In this document: one piece after another, positions 1 through 9,300 of the stretch
How positions within the stretch are numbered: position 1 is the stretch's first letter
Layout of the letters: each line of letters starts with the position of its first letter
IMG/VR virus record: IMGVR_UViG_2534681604_000014
Span: 1 to 52,506 of that record
Length of the DNA stretch: 52,506 bases
Direction: 5' to 3' (one strand)
Source: a virus
Taxonomy: Duplodnaviria; Heunggongvirae; Uroviricota; Caudoviricetes
The notes under the pieces: generated by a model
What the model saw: the letters and a program-made list of their open reading frames with translations, nothing else
Database searches by the model: none
What the model was told of the DNA's origin: nothing
Made by a program: the position numbers and the translations under genes

Positions 1-222
1 ATGCAATCCATTAACTTCCGTACCGCGCGCGGCAACCTTTCTGAAGTGCTCAACAATGTTGAAGCCGGGGAAGAGGTTGAAATCACCCGCAGAGGCCGTG
101 AGCCAGCAGTAATTGTCAGCAAGGCTACTTTCGAAGCCTACAAAAAAGCGGCGCTGGATGCTGAATTTGCATCCCTGTTTGACACCCTGGACTCCACCAA
201 CAAGGAACTGGTTAACCGATAA
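1..222 (+). CDS. phd: Phd antitoxin (prevent-host-death)
   Basis: 73-aa ORF whose sequence I recognise as P1 Phd; stop overlaps the doc start (TAATG at 220-224). Confidence 0.95.
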
Positions 223-602
223 TGAGGCATATATCACCGGAAGAACTTATTGCGCTTCATGATGCGAATATAAGCCGCTACGGCGGCCTGCCGGGAATGT
301 CAGATTCGGGTAGGGCAGAGGCCATTATCGGGAGAGTTCAGGCCAGAGTTGCCTACGAAGAGATCACCGACCTTTTCGAAGTCTCCGCCACCTACCTGGT
401 GGCTACAGCGAGAGGGCATATATTCAATGATGCCAATAAGCGTACCGCGCTAAACAGTGCGCTGCTATTTCTACGCCGTAACGGGGTGCAGGTATTTGAT
501 TCACCTGAACTGGCAGACCTTACTGTAGGCGCTGCGACTGGCGAGATATCTGTATCTTCTGTCGCCGCCACGTTACGTAGATTGTATGGTTCTGCGGAGT
601 AG
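222..602 (+). CDS. doc: Doc toxin (Fic-fold)
   Basis: 126-aa ORF with Fic-type motif [11 protein letters not shown]; translationally coupled to phd. Confidence 0.95.
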
Positions 603-606
603 ATTA

Positions 607-786
607 ATGGCACGCAAATACAACAAATTGTCCCGTGAAGCGTTAAAGATGCTTCTTGATGGCGTGAGTCGCCGCAAGGTAAAGCAATACCTGGTTGGTA
701 AGCAAATTGGAGTCAGGACCGCTATTGCTGTGTTATGCCGTCAGGAAATGGTTGTGCTTAAACAGAGAATGCCGGGCAGCAGATAA
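607..786 (+). CDS. pdcA: small post-doc protein (PdcA-like)
   Basis: 59-aa ORF from ATG 607 with GGAG about 8 nt upstream; the 586 start in the ORF track would overlap doc. Position matches P1 pdcA. Confidence 0.45.
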   Translation: MARKYNKLSREALKMLLDGVSRRKVKQYLVGKQIGVRTAIAVLCRQEMVVLKQRMPGSR

Positions 787-813
787 AGCCCAATCAGTGA
801 TTAAAGGTGTGAT

Positions 814-1857
814 GTGAAAGCCGTAATTACTCCCTTTGTACAGAAAGAGCTTGGCCTCGCCACGTTCAAAGTGGATCAGGAGGTCAGAAAGCTGGTGGAG
901 GCTGGCCGTAAATTTATTATGGAGCCGGTGCCGCGTGAGTTAATCGAGCACATGGAAGACGGCCTCGTTGTTACCGAGCAAACCATGGCAACAAATGAGG
1001 CGTTGCAGCCGTTTTTTAACAGCGATGAACTGTTTCGCCGTATTGGTGGAATTGACGCGCTGGTGGCGTGGTTGCGTAGGAAAGAGGGTCAATGCCAGGC
1101 CGCAGATCGTAGTTGGTGTGACAACCATATTGTCCACGCTGAACGAGACAATAGCGCGGTGTTGTTGTGCTGGCATCACGATAACCATTACCGGATGCGT
1201 GGTTTTAATGAGCTGAAAGAAACGCTGCACAATAATCGCGTTAACTGGATACTGGATGTCGCCCGTCAGGAAATGGGCCTTTCAAATAGCCATGATTTAA
1301 GTATTCAGGAGCTGTGCTGGTGGGCTTTCATGCGCAACATGATGCACCTGATGCCGGAAGAAGTCTGCCGCATATCAATAAATAAGATGAAGGCTACTCC
1401 GCAGGATAGCGGACCTCTGAAAGAGGCGGATATTCGCCCGTATGACGATCGCGCTACAGCATATGTTCAGATGATGGAAGAACGCGCCGCGCCGATGCGT
1501 GCAAAAGTATGCCCTGTGGATGTTGACTCCGACCCAGGTATGGCGCATTTCAAAATACCAAAACTTCAATCGCTAAAATTGCCCGAGTACATGGACTTTG
1601 TGGCTTCCCGTCCATGCTGTGGCTGTGGAGCTGCGGGAGCTGGCGCTCACATTACGCCTTATATCGTTCGTCATAGTCGATTATGCGCGCATGACATTTA
1701 TGCTATTCCTCTGTGCCAGTCATGCCAGCGTGATATTGAGCGTGACCGCGATAATTGGGAGAAGACGCACGGTAGGCTGGCGATGCATCAACGATTGTTC
1801 TTTGATTACGCGCTTGGAGTCGGCGCTATCACAAGTCATTCGTCGAGCGTTAGATAA
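814..1857 (+). CDS. pdcB: post-doc protein PdcB-like, Cys/His-rich C-terminus
   Basis: 347-aa ORF, GTG start preceded by AAAGG; C-terminal CCGCG...H...C..C..C cluster; position as in P1. Confidence 0.55.
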   Translation: MKAVITPFVQKELGLATFKVDQEVRKLVEAGRKFIMEPVPRELIEHMEDGLVVTEQTMATNEALQPFFNSDELFRRIGGIDALVAWLRRKEGQCQAADRSWCDNHIVHAERDNSAVLLCWHHDNHYRMRGFNELKETLHNNRVNWILDVARQEMGLSNSHDLSIQELCWWAFMRNMMHLMPEEVCRISINKMKATPQDSGPLKEADIRPYDDRATAYVQMMEERAAPMRAKVCPVDVDSDPGMAHFKIPKLQSLKLPEYMDFVASRPCCGCGAAGAGAHITPYIVRHSRLCAHDIYAIPLCQSCQRDIERDRDNWEKTHGRLAMHQRLFFDYALGVGAITSHSSSVR

Positions 1858-1858
1858 A

Positions 1859-1875
1859 ATTGCTCTAATGTATTG
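1859..1875 (+). promoter_or_regulatory. C1 operator-like 17-mer upstream of lpa
   Basis: ATTGCTCTAATGTATTG; matches the ATTGCTCTAAT core of the P1 C1 operator consensus ATTGCTCTAATAAATTT. Confidence 0.6.
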
Positions 1876-1945
1876 CTATTTATTTAATCGATGGTATTAT
1901 ATTCGACGTTGATTAGTTGACATGGGCTAATCAGTAGGTGACAGG

Positions 1946-2398
1946 ATGTTACTTAACTGGCAGGGACGCCACTTCATGGAAATAAATCACTCACGAATAA
2001 CATCGTACGAGATTGCGGATTACATGATCCGCACTAAATCTCTTCTATCAGCGAAAGAACTCGCAGCAATTCTTGAAAAGGAATACCCGCATCTGGATGT
2101 CGATAAGCGCGATGTTTATCTGCGCTTAAAGGCTATCGCTGTGTCTAAGTATTCGTCTGTTTTGATTGATGACAGTACACGCCCACGTAGATTTCAGATC
2201 CACTCTCTGAATCCTGAATTCTTTCGCCGCAGCCGCGCGCCGCGCCGGTTTGATGAAAAACTCCAGAACGAACTCTATATGACGCAGGACGAAAAGGAAC
2301 GCCGGGAGCACCAGCCTTGGGTAATGGCGCGTCAACTTTTCAATAAGGTGGTCCGTCAGCACCGTCATTACGGTAATGCCACATCCGCACGTATCTGA
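1946..2398 (+). CDS. lpa: late promoter activator Lpa (gp10)
   Basis: 150-aa ORF between pdcB and pacA as in P1, preceded by a C1 operator; alternative start at 1976. Confidence 0.7.
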   Translation: MLLNWQGRHFMEINHSRITSYEIADYMIRTKSLLSAKELAAILEKEYPHLDVDKRDVYLRLKAIAVSKYSSVLIDDSTRPRRFQIHSLNPEFFRRSRAPRRFDEKLQNELYMTQDEKERREHQPWVMARQLFNKVVRQHRHYGNATSARI

Positions 2399-2484
2399 TT
2401 GATTGCTTGCCCGTTCCGGGCCTTTTGACATGTGACTTTCGTTACCCTCGCGTCAAAAAGAGTTTTATACGAAAGGAAGCATAA

Positions 2485-3678
2485 GTGACCTGGGACGATC
2501 ACAAGAAGAATTTTGCTCGCCTGGCGCGAGATGGTGGTTACACCATCGCACAGTATGCCGCCGAGTTTAATCTTAACCCTAATACCGCACGTCGTTATCT
2601 CCGTGCCTTCAAAGAAGACACCAGGACAGCGGACAGCCGCAAGCCAAATAAGCCAGTCAGGAAGCCACTAAAAAGCATGATCATTGATCACTCTAATGAT
2701 CAACATGCAGGTGATCGCATTGCGGCTGAAATAGCGGAAAAACAAAGAGTTAATGCTGTTGTCAGTGCCGCAGTCGAGAACGCTAAGCGCCAAAATAAGC
2801 GCATAAATGATCGTTCTGATGATCATGACGTGATCACCCGCGCCCACCGTACCTTACGTGATCGCCTGGAACGCGACACCCTGGATGATGATGGTGAACG
2901 CTTTGAATTCGAAGCTGGCGATTACCTGATAGATAACGTTGAAGCGCGGAAGGCCGCGCGCGCTATGTTGCGTCGGTCCGGGGCCGATGTTCTGGAAACC
3001 ACTCTTCTGGAAAAGTCTCTTTCTCATCTCCTTATGCTGGAGAACGCCAGGGATACGTGTATTCGCCTGGTGCAGGAAATGCGCGATCAGCAAAAAGACG
3101 ATGATGAAGGTACTCCGCCTGAATACCGTATCGCGAGCATGCTAAACAGCTGTTCCGCGCAGATAAGCAGCCTGATCAACACCATTTACAGCATCCGGAA
3201 TAACTATCGAAAAGAAAGCCGGGAGGCGGAAAAGCACGCTTTGTCTATGGGGCAAGCTGGCATTGTTAAGCTGGCATACGAACGAAAGCGTGAAAATAAC
3301 TGGTCAGTGCTGGAAGCAGCTGAATTCATCGAGGCGCATGGCGGGAAAGTGCCGCCCCTGATGCTGGAGCAAATCAAAGCCGATCTGCGTGCTCCTAAGA
3401 CCAATACCGATGATGAGGAAAGGCAAACAGCCGTCGGTGGCCCTTCTCTTGAAGATCTGGACAAAGTTGCGCGAGAACGGGCCGCCAACCGCCGCGCCGA
3501 TGCCGCATTGTGGATTGAGCAGCGTAGGGAAGAAATCGCCGATATCGTTGATACAGGCGGTTATGGAGATGTTGATACTGAAGGTGTATCAAACGACCCA
3601 TGGCTGGAACAAGACCTGGACGAAGACGAGGAGGAAGACGAAGAAGTTACCCGCAAGCTATACGGGGATGATGATTAA
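2485..3678 (+). CDS. pacA: terminase small subunit PacA
   Basis: 397-aa ORF, GTG start; sequence recognised as P1 PacA; contains the pac site. Confidence 0.95.
   Translation: MTWDDHKKNFARLARDGGYTIAQYAAEFNLNPNTARRYLRAFKEDTRTADSRKPNKPVRKPLKSMIIDHSNDQHAGDRIAAEIAEKQRVNAVVSAAVENAKRQNKRINDRSDDHDVITRAHRTLRDRLERDTLDDDGERFEFEAGDYLIDNVEARKAARAMLRRSGADVLETTLLEKSLSHLLMLENARDTCIRLVQEMRDQQKDDDEGTPPEYRIASMLNSCSAQISSLINTIYSIRNNYRKESREAEKHALSMGQAGIVKLAYERKRENNWSVLEAAEFIEAHGGKVPPLMLEQIKADLRAPKTNTDDEERQTAVGGPSLEDLDKVARERAANRRADAALWIEQRREEIADIVDTGGYGDVDTEGVSNDPWLEQDLDEDEEEDEEVTRKLYGDDD
2678..2836 (+). other. pac packaging site (4 + 3 TGATCA/G hexamers, Dam GATC sites)
   Basis: Hexamers at 2678, 2685, 2697, 2712 and at 2808, 2820, 2831 flank an AT-rich centre inside pacA; this is the P1 pac architecture. 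Confidence 0.9.
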
Positions 3679-5162
3679 TGGCCAGAAGTTGCGTAACGGA
3701 CCCACGTTGGCGCGAGCTGGTGGCGCTATATCGTTATGACTGGATTGCGGCCGCTGATGTTTTGTTCGGCAAAACACCTACCTGGCAGCAGGATCTGATT
3801 ATTGAGTCTGTGCAGGAACAGGGTAGCAAGACATCTGTTTCGTCTGGTCACGGTACCGGGAAATCAGACATGACTTCTATCATGATCATGTTGTTCATAA
3901 TCATGTATCCCGGTGCCCGCGCCATTATCGTTGCGAACAAAATTCAGCAGGTAATGACCGGTATTTTCAAGTACATCAAGATAAACTGGGCTACTGCCAC
4001 CAGCCGTTTTCCATGGCTTGCTGATTATTTTGTTCTGACAGAAACCGCTTTCTATGAGGTTACTGGTAAAGGGGTATGGACAGTTGTACCGAAGGGCTTT
4101 CGTCTGGGAAGTGAAGAAGCTCTCGCAGGTGAACACGCAGATCATCTTCTGTATATTATCGATGAAGCCTCCGGTGTCAGTGATAGAGCTTTCGGTATCA
4201 TCACCGGTGCTCTTACCGGACAGGATAACCGCATCTTATTGCTGTCACAGCCTACACGCCCAAGCGGCTATTTCTACGATACTCACCATAAACTGGCCAA
4301 GCGTCCTGGTAACCCTGATGGCGTTTATACGGCGATCACGCTTAACAGTGAGGAATCACCGCTGGTAACGCCAGCATTTATCAAAATGAAGCTGGCGGAG
4401 TACGGCGGGCGTGATAACCCTATGTACATGATTAAGGTACGCGGCCTATTCCCTAAATCACAGGATGGCTTCCTTCTTGGACGTGATGAGGTTGAACGCG
4501 CAACGCGGCGGAAAGTCAAGATTGCCAAAGGATGGGGCTGGCTTGCATGTGTGGACGTTGCTGGTGGTACGGGACGGGATAAGTCCGTTATCAATATCAT
4601 GATGGTGTCCGGCCAGCGAAATAAACGCCGTGTAATCAACTATCGAATACTGGAATACACAGACGTTACAGAAACGCAGCTTGCCGCCAAAATTTTCGCA
4701 GAATGTAATCCTGAGCGATTCCCAAATATCACCATAGCGATAGACGGCGATGGCCTGGGTAAAGCAACGGCGGATCTGATGTACGAGTATTATGGTATTA
4801 CCGTACAGCGTATACGCTGGGGTAAAAAGATGCATAGCCGTGAAGATAAGAGCCTGTACTTTGATAAACGTGCTTATGCCAACGTTCAAGCCGCAGAGGC
4901 CGTAAAATCTGGTCGTATGAGACTGGATAAGGGTAATGAAACTATTGAGGAAGCGTCGAAAATTCCTGTAGGGATTAACTCCGCAGGTCAATGGAAGGTG
5001 ATGAGTAAGGAGGATATGAAGAAAAAACTCAACCTGCACTCACCAGACCATTGGGATACATATTGTTTCGCTATGCTGGCGGATTATGTTCCCCAGGATG
5101 AAGTGCTTAGCGTCGAAGACGAAGCGCAGGTTGATGAAGCTCTGGCATGGCTTAATGAATGA
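3678..5162 (+). CDS. pacB: terminase large subunit PacB
   Basis: 494-aa ORF, start overlaps the pacA stop (TAATG); P-loop-like GHGTGKS. Confidence 0.95.
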   Translation: MARSCVTDPRWRELVALYRYDWIAAADVLFGKTPTWQQDLIIESVQEQGSKTSVSSGHGTGKSDMTSIMIMLFIIMYPGARAIIVANKIQQVMTGIFKYIKINWATATSRFPWLADYFVLTETAFYEVTGKGVWTVVPKGFRLGSEEALAGEHADHLLYIIDEASGVSDRAFGIITGALTGQDNRILLLSQPTRPSGYFYDTHHKLAKRPGNPDGVYTAITLNSEESPLVTPAFIKMKLAEYGGRDNPMYMIKVRGLFPKSQDGFLLGRDEVERATRRKVKIAKGWGWLACVDVAGGTGRDKSVINIMMVSGQRNKRRVINYRILEYTDVTETQLAAKIFAECNPERFPNITIAIDGDGLGKATADLMYEYYGITVQRIRWGKKMHSREDKSLYFDKRAYANVQAAEAVKSGRMRLDKGNETIEEASKIPVGINSAGQWKVMSKEDMKKKLNLHSPDHWDTYCFAMLADYVPQDEVLSVEDEAQVDEALAWLNE

Positions 5163-5165
5163 ATA

Positions 5166-5182
5166 TTTGCTCTAATAAATTG
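5166..5182 (+). promoter_or_regulatory. C1 operator-like 17-mer
   Basis: TTTGCTCTAATAAATTG, 15 of 17 to consensus, immediately after the pacB stop. Confidence 0.6.
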
Positions 5183-5313
5183 TGTTTTTTAGCTACCGAT
5201 GTTACATTGAACCTGACCTCTTGCGCCTTGAGGCATTTTCGGTTTATGCTTATCAGGCACCTCATTAAAACGGGTGCCGGGATTGGAACCCCGGATAATG
5301 CAAAAGGCGACAC

Positions 5314-5337
5314 AGACGCCAAAAGCGTCTTTTTTTG
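5314..5337 (+). terminator. intrinsic terminator-like hairpin
   Basis: agacgc-caaaa-gcgtct followed by TTTTTTT. Confidence 0.6.
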
Positions 5338-5521
5338 TGTCATGCCATCGCACAGCCATACGTAGCACATAGCTCCGAGATCAATGGTAGTGCTGGCTGG
5401 GCTGCCGAAAGGCAGGCCGGTTCCCTTTTGCGCCGGTAGTTCCAACCCAGTCAGTGCTACCGCCATTGAGATTGGAACCTCACGCGGTAGCTCCTTAAGT
5501 TAGCAAAAGGAGGCTGCCATT

Positions 5522-5743
5522 ATGGCTACTATCCCTACCCCAACTCACCCTGAATTTATCTGGCGCTTTTACTCCTGCCAGAAACGTCACTATCACTTCG
5601 TTATCGCAACAACAGAAGATGAGGCCCGCTCTCAGCTTCCTGACGCCCCATGTATTTTCTCTGCCCGTTTTTCCACTGATTCACGCAATTCTCTCAGTTA
5701 CTGGTGTCTCCCTGTTAACGCTTCTGCTCAGGAGGGAGTATGA
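5522..5743 (+). CDS. small protein, icd-like (translationally coupled to antirepressor)
   Basis: 73-aa ORF; strong SD AAAGGAGG 8 nt upstream; 4-nt ATGA overlap with the next ORF; matches the P1 icd-ant layout. Confidence 0.5.
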   Translation: MATIPTPTHPEFIWRFYSCQKRHYHFVIATTEDEARSQLPDAPCIFSARFSTDSRNSLSYWCLPVNASAQEGV

Positions 5744-6855
5744 GAACGTCATTAGTCACCCGTGAAGAAATGATTGAGGCAATTGAACAGCACACAGCCT
5801 GTATCAGTACCAGGGATATACCGGGCGTTATTGCCAACTACTTCATGATCACCAAACAACTTTACCGGAGAAAGGACAAGAACGCGGTTCACCGCATTCT
5901 GCTAACCGATATCCGTGAATACCTGCTCGAACAGGGTCATCTGAATTACGCAACCGTCGCAGCCGAAGCACGCAAGGAGGCACACAGAATGAAAGCAACT
6001 AACGTTAAATCAGAAAAAATTCATGCAACTTCAGTTCAGGAATCAGAGCTGGTGGTTGTTCAGAATCAGTCTGATGAAATTCCCGTTCTGGAATGGCTGG
6101 GAGTGCGTGTAGTGACAACCAAGATCCTTGCTAAGGGGTATGGGACCGATGCGGATAACATCAAGAAGAACTTTTCCCGTAATGCCGAACGTTTTTGTGA
6201 AGGCAAGCATTTCTATAAAGTTATTGGAGATGATTTGAACAATTTGCGGGTGACTTTAAGTAACTCACAAAATCCCATCTCTCCTAAAGCCCGTTCACTC
6301 ATCCTCTGGACAGAACGCGGCGCTGCCCGTCACGCTAAAATGCTCGAAACCGATCAGGCATGGGCATTCTTTGAAAAACTGGAAGACAGCTACTTCCGGC
6401 AAAAAGAACAGCAACCGGTTGCAATCCCCCAAACATTACCAGAAGCCCTACGCCTGGCTGCCGAACTGGCTGAACAAAAGCAGCTTCTGGAACAGAAAGC
6501 CCACCAGCTAAATCAGCAGCTGGTAGCCGCCGCTCCTAAGGTCGATTTTGCCGACCGGGTATCAGTAGCTAAAGGGATCCTGATTGGGAATTTTGCAAAG
6601 GTTGTTGGACTTAAGCAAAACGCGCTGTTTGCCTGGTTACGGGAGAACGGCATCCTGATAGCGTCCGGCGGACGTAAAAATGTGCCATTCCAGCAGTACA
6701 TCAACGCCGGGTATTTCACTGTGAAAGAAGTGGTGCTAGATGATGAAGATGGCTACCAGATACGGCTGACGCCTCAATTAACGGGGAAAGGCCAGCAGTG
6801 GTTGACGCGTAAGCTGCTCGATGCTGGCTTGTTAAAACCGGTGGCGGCTGAATAA
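5740..6855 (+). CDS. antirepressor (AntA/ORF6N-like N-domain, KilAC-like C-domain), Ant1/Ant2-like
   Basis: 371 aa (about 42 kDa); internal in-frame ATG at 5989 with SD AAGGAGG gives 288 aa (about 32 kDa); C-terminal region looks like a KilAC/ANT domain. Confidence 0.65.
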   Translation: MRTSLVTREEMIEAIEQHTACISTRDIPGVIANYFMITKQLYRRKDKNAVHRILLTDIREYLLEQGHLNYATVAAEARKEAHRMKATNVKSEKIHATSVQESELVVVQNQSDEIPVLEWLGVRVVTTKILAKGYGTDADNIKKNFSRNAERFCEGKHFYKVIGDDLNNLRVTLSNSQNPISPKARSLILWTERGAARHAKMLETDQAWAFFEKLEDSYFRQKEQQPVAIPQTLPEALRLAAELAEQKQLLEQKAHQLNQQLVAAAPKVDFADRVSVAKGILIGNFAKVVGLKQNALFAWLRENGILIASGGRKNVPFQQYINAGYFTVKEVVLDDEDGYQIRLTPQLTGKGQQWLTRKLLDAGLLKPVAAE

Positions 6856-6887
6856 TGGAAGAATGCCCGGTTGATGCCGGGCATAAT

Positions 6888-7739
6888 TTATTGCGCGCTT
6901 TCGGGGTTGTCGTTTACTGGCTGCCCCTTCTTAGTTTTACGGCTGCGCGTAACTGATGCGGCTGACTTAACCTTTTTCTCTTCGCGAGTGATGGCAATTT
7001 GTTTTTTTACATTTTCAATATCTGCCAGGCGATATATTTTTGCCTGCGGCCAGCGGTCGCAGATGATCGGTTCTATGGAGTCATAAAGGCTAAATTTTGC
7101 TTTCTCGAATTCACCGTTGATGATGATTCCATCACGGAGAGTTTCATCGCAGATAAACACGCCACACAGCGGCACATGGTAACTAACTGATTTACCGTTA
7201 TTGTAGTTAGGACTACTGGAGATGTAGTGAACGCGCAGCATTGTTTCGCTAAAGCCGTGTACGCGCATACGGAATTTTTCATCCTCCGGGTACTGCTTCA
7301 TTAGCTCTTTTGTTGCTTCCAGGTTCTCTATGTATTTCGCACTGTGCTCATTGAACCCCGCGCTTTTTTGGATGCGAATGTCCTTATCAATCAGATGAAT
7401 AATGCGGCCAGCGGTCATGTTGACGCTGTTTACAGCTTCTGTCTGATAGGTCGTAACCTTACGCACACCGCGAAGGATGTTAGGCACAGGATATAAAATA
7501 GTCTTTGGGATATTGAGGTCTGGGTACTGTTCCAGTTCCCGCGCCATTAAAGTCCATTTATCAATTTCAGCCTGAATGCTGTCCGTTTCTTTGAACGGCA
7601 GAACGACAACCGGGCGTACAGGACGACCGTCGCTGGCGGCATCAACGTGTTGGGCGCGTGCAACAGCTTTTTTTAGAAAGAGATCCCTGAAGCTGACGAA
7701 CTCCTGGTACAGTTGTTCGCCGTAGACATAATTTATCAT
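6888..7739 (-). CDS. c1: C1 repressor of lysis
   Basis: 283-aa ORF recognised as P1 C1 (MINYVYGEQLYQEF...); strong SD GGAGGAGG upstream. Confidence 0.95.
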   Translation of the reverse strand: MINYVYGEQLYQEFVSFRDLFLKKAVARAQHVDAASDGRPVRPVVVLPFKETDSIQAEIDKWTLMARELEQYPDLNIPKTILYPVPNILRGVRKVTTYQTEAVNSVNMTAGRIIHLIDKDIRIQKSAGFNEHSAKYIENLEATKELMKQYPEDEKFRMRVHGFSETMLRVHYISSSPNYNNGKSVSYHVPLCGVFICDETLRDGIIINGEFEKAKFSLYDSIEPIICDRWPQAKIYRLADIENVKKQIAITREEKKVKSAASVTRSRKTKKGQPVNDNPESAQ

Positions 7740-7833
7740 TGATCCTCCTCCAGAATTGACATGGTCAATAACGCCCGGCTGAGAAAACCGGTCATTACTG
7801 ACCTATATTATAGAGGGAACAGACAAAAATAAT

Positions 7834-7850
7834 AGATTTATTAGTGCATT
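7834..7850 (-). promoter_or_regulatory. weak C1 operator-like site between c1 and coi
   Basis: AGATTTATTAGTGCATT, 14 of 17 to the reverse-complement consensus. Confidence 0.3.
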
Positions 7851-8059
7851 TATTGTGAGTCTAACTGGTTAGTTGCCATGAGATATTCGATTGTGTCAGT
7901 GAGATCATCCAGGTCGTCTGGGGTGATGCGGTACTCCTGATTGGATATCTTTGAGTAGTGTTCAGCAATGGCGCGAGCAGCGTCGGTTTCGGCGGGGTCT
8001 ACAGATAAAGCGTTAGAGCAATGTCTAACATCGTCGATGGTTGGTGGAATGAAAGCCAT
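7850..8059 (-). CDS. coi: Coi (C1 inactivator)
   Basis: 69-aa ORF directly upstream of c1 on the same strand, as in P1 ImmC. Confidence 0.8.
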   Translation of the reverse strand: MAFIPPTIDDVRHCSNALSVDPAETDAARAIAEHYSKISNQEYRITPDDLDDLTDTIEYLMATNQLDSQ

Positions 8060-8297
8060 AATTATGCCTCACTGTATTGACAACACAGAGCCTGAAGCTC
8101 TGACCTACTGTTTCACCCATGTTCCATGCTGGGGTTATCTATCAACATTGCGCTGTGTGTAAGATGAGCAATGCATAGCGATAATGCCGTTGTATAAGGT
8201 TTCCCTGTTTGCTCATTTCCTTCTGAGCCGCTCTACAACGCTGAAGACACATTAAGTAGTGAGTCCAAAGTCGTATTACGAAACGGCGGCAAAACTA

Positions 8298-8314
8298 TAA
8301 TTTATTAGAGCAAT
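8298..8314 (-). promoter_or_regulatory. C1 operator (Op99-like)
   Basis: Reverse complement is ATTGCTCTAATAAATTA, 16 of 17 to consensus. Confidence 0.75.
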
Positions 8315-8380
8315 TGTCAAACAACTATGAAAAACAATCCAGTATTTGGCTGGTGGAGTGGGATTTTTCTCTCAAATTTT

Positions 8381-8397
8381 ATTGCTCTAATAATTCT
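8381..8397 (+). promoter_or_regulatory. C1 operator (Op99-like)
   Basis: ATTGCTCTAATAATTCT, 15 of 17 to consensus. Confidence 0.65.
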
Positions 8398-8440
8398 TGA
8401 TTTTTATGCGCAGCTGGACGTAGACTCCTCTTCGGACCTA

Positions 8441-8474
8441 ATAGCTTCGTATAGCATACATTATACGAAGTTAT
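8441..8474. other. loxP-like Cre recombination site with one arm substitution
   Basis: ATAGCTTCGTATA-GCATACAT-TATACGAAGTTAT; canonical loxP arm is ATAACTTCGTATA, so one arm has G at position 4. Confidence 0.9.
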
Positions 8475-8572
8475 CTTAAGGGTTATTGAACATGATCAAT
8501 TTACCTGTAAATCCATACAGTTCAATACCTTATCAGGTCAAATAGTGATCACTTGATCATTTGATCAAGGTT

Positions 8573-8631
8573 GCGCTACGTAAAATCTGTGAAAAGTTGG
8601 CGGTGTTAGTCCTACAGATTTCGCGTAGCGC
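8573..8631. repeat. 18-bp imperfect inverted repeat (stem-loop) between loxP and the cre-side ORFs
   Basis: GCGCTACGTAAAATCTGT ... ACAGATTTCGCGTAGCGC, one mismatch, 23-nt spacer. Confidence 0.6.
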
Positions 8632-8663
8632 ACTTAGCACCACCAATCAATCAGAGGTGAAAA

Positions 8664-8885
8664 ATGGGATATTCAGCTGCTAAAGTGTCCACTCATCTTG
8701 AGCTTGAGAAAAACCGTGGTTACTGGCGGGCAAAAGGCTTTGAGCGTGATAGTTACCAACTGTCATTATCTCGCGGTGAAGAGAAAATAGAACGCACGCG
8801 CGGTCGCTGGCGTTTCTATGACGAGAACCATAACCAGGTAAAGGCAGAGCCGATCCTGTACACTCTGCTGAAAACAATAATTTAA
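8664..8885 (+). CDS. hypothetical protein (position of P1 cra)
   Basis: 73-aa ORF between loxP and cre. Confidence 0.4.
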   Translation: MGYSAAKVSTHLELEKNRGYWRAKGFERDSYQLSLSRGEEKIERTRGRWRFYDENHNQVKAEPILYTLLKTII

Positions 8886-8904
8886 CTTGATTATGAGGTG
8901 ATGA

Positions 8905-9300
8905 ATGTTTAATGGCCTGACAGATGCCAAGGTAAACGCCTTACTGAACGACGCAAAACAAAAAGCTGCTAACCCTGGAACGAATGAAAATGAACGTGCT
9001 ATGGCTGTTGCAATTTGGGAGTTAGCAGAAGAAGTAAAGCGAAACCGCTTACTATACACTCGGGTTTACCAGCAATTTGATGGTGCGAGCTGGATAGATA
9101 TCGAAGAGGCTGAATATGCAACATGCAAAAAAGAAAAAAAGATTGTTCGGATTTTGCATAAAGCAGCAACCCCAATCACTGTAGAAATCCCCGATCACAG
9201 ATATTTCGAGAACGATGATCTACCAGGGGATGTGATTCGAATTATTGATGAGATACTTCATGAACAAGGCTTAACTGTTAAAATTACGCATAATAAATGA
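8905..9300 (+). CDS. hypothetical protein, overlaps cre start
   Basis: 131-aa ORF; 4-nt ATGA overlap with cre; no recognisable motif. Confidence 0.45.
   Translation: MFNGLTDAKVNALLNDAKQKAANPGTNENERAMAVAIWELAEEVKRNRLLYTRVYQQFDGASWIDIEEAEYATCKKEKKIVRILHKAATPITVEIPDHRYFENDDLPGDVIRIIDEILHEQGLTVKITHNK

Noticed and set aside
5340-5480. Possible tRNA gene in the ant leader
   Set aside because: No T-loop GTTCGANTC motif and no acceptor or anticodon arm arrangement; more likely a structured regulatory RNA, reported separately.
7968-8162. 64-aa plus-strand ORF between coi and loxP
   Set aside because: Overlaps the coi start and its promoter/operator region; no RBS. Small imc-type genes may exist here but cannot be supported from sequence alone.
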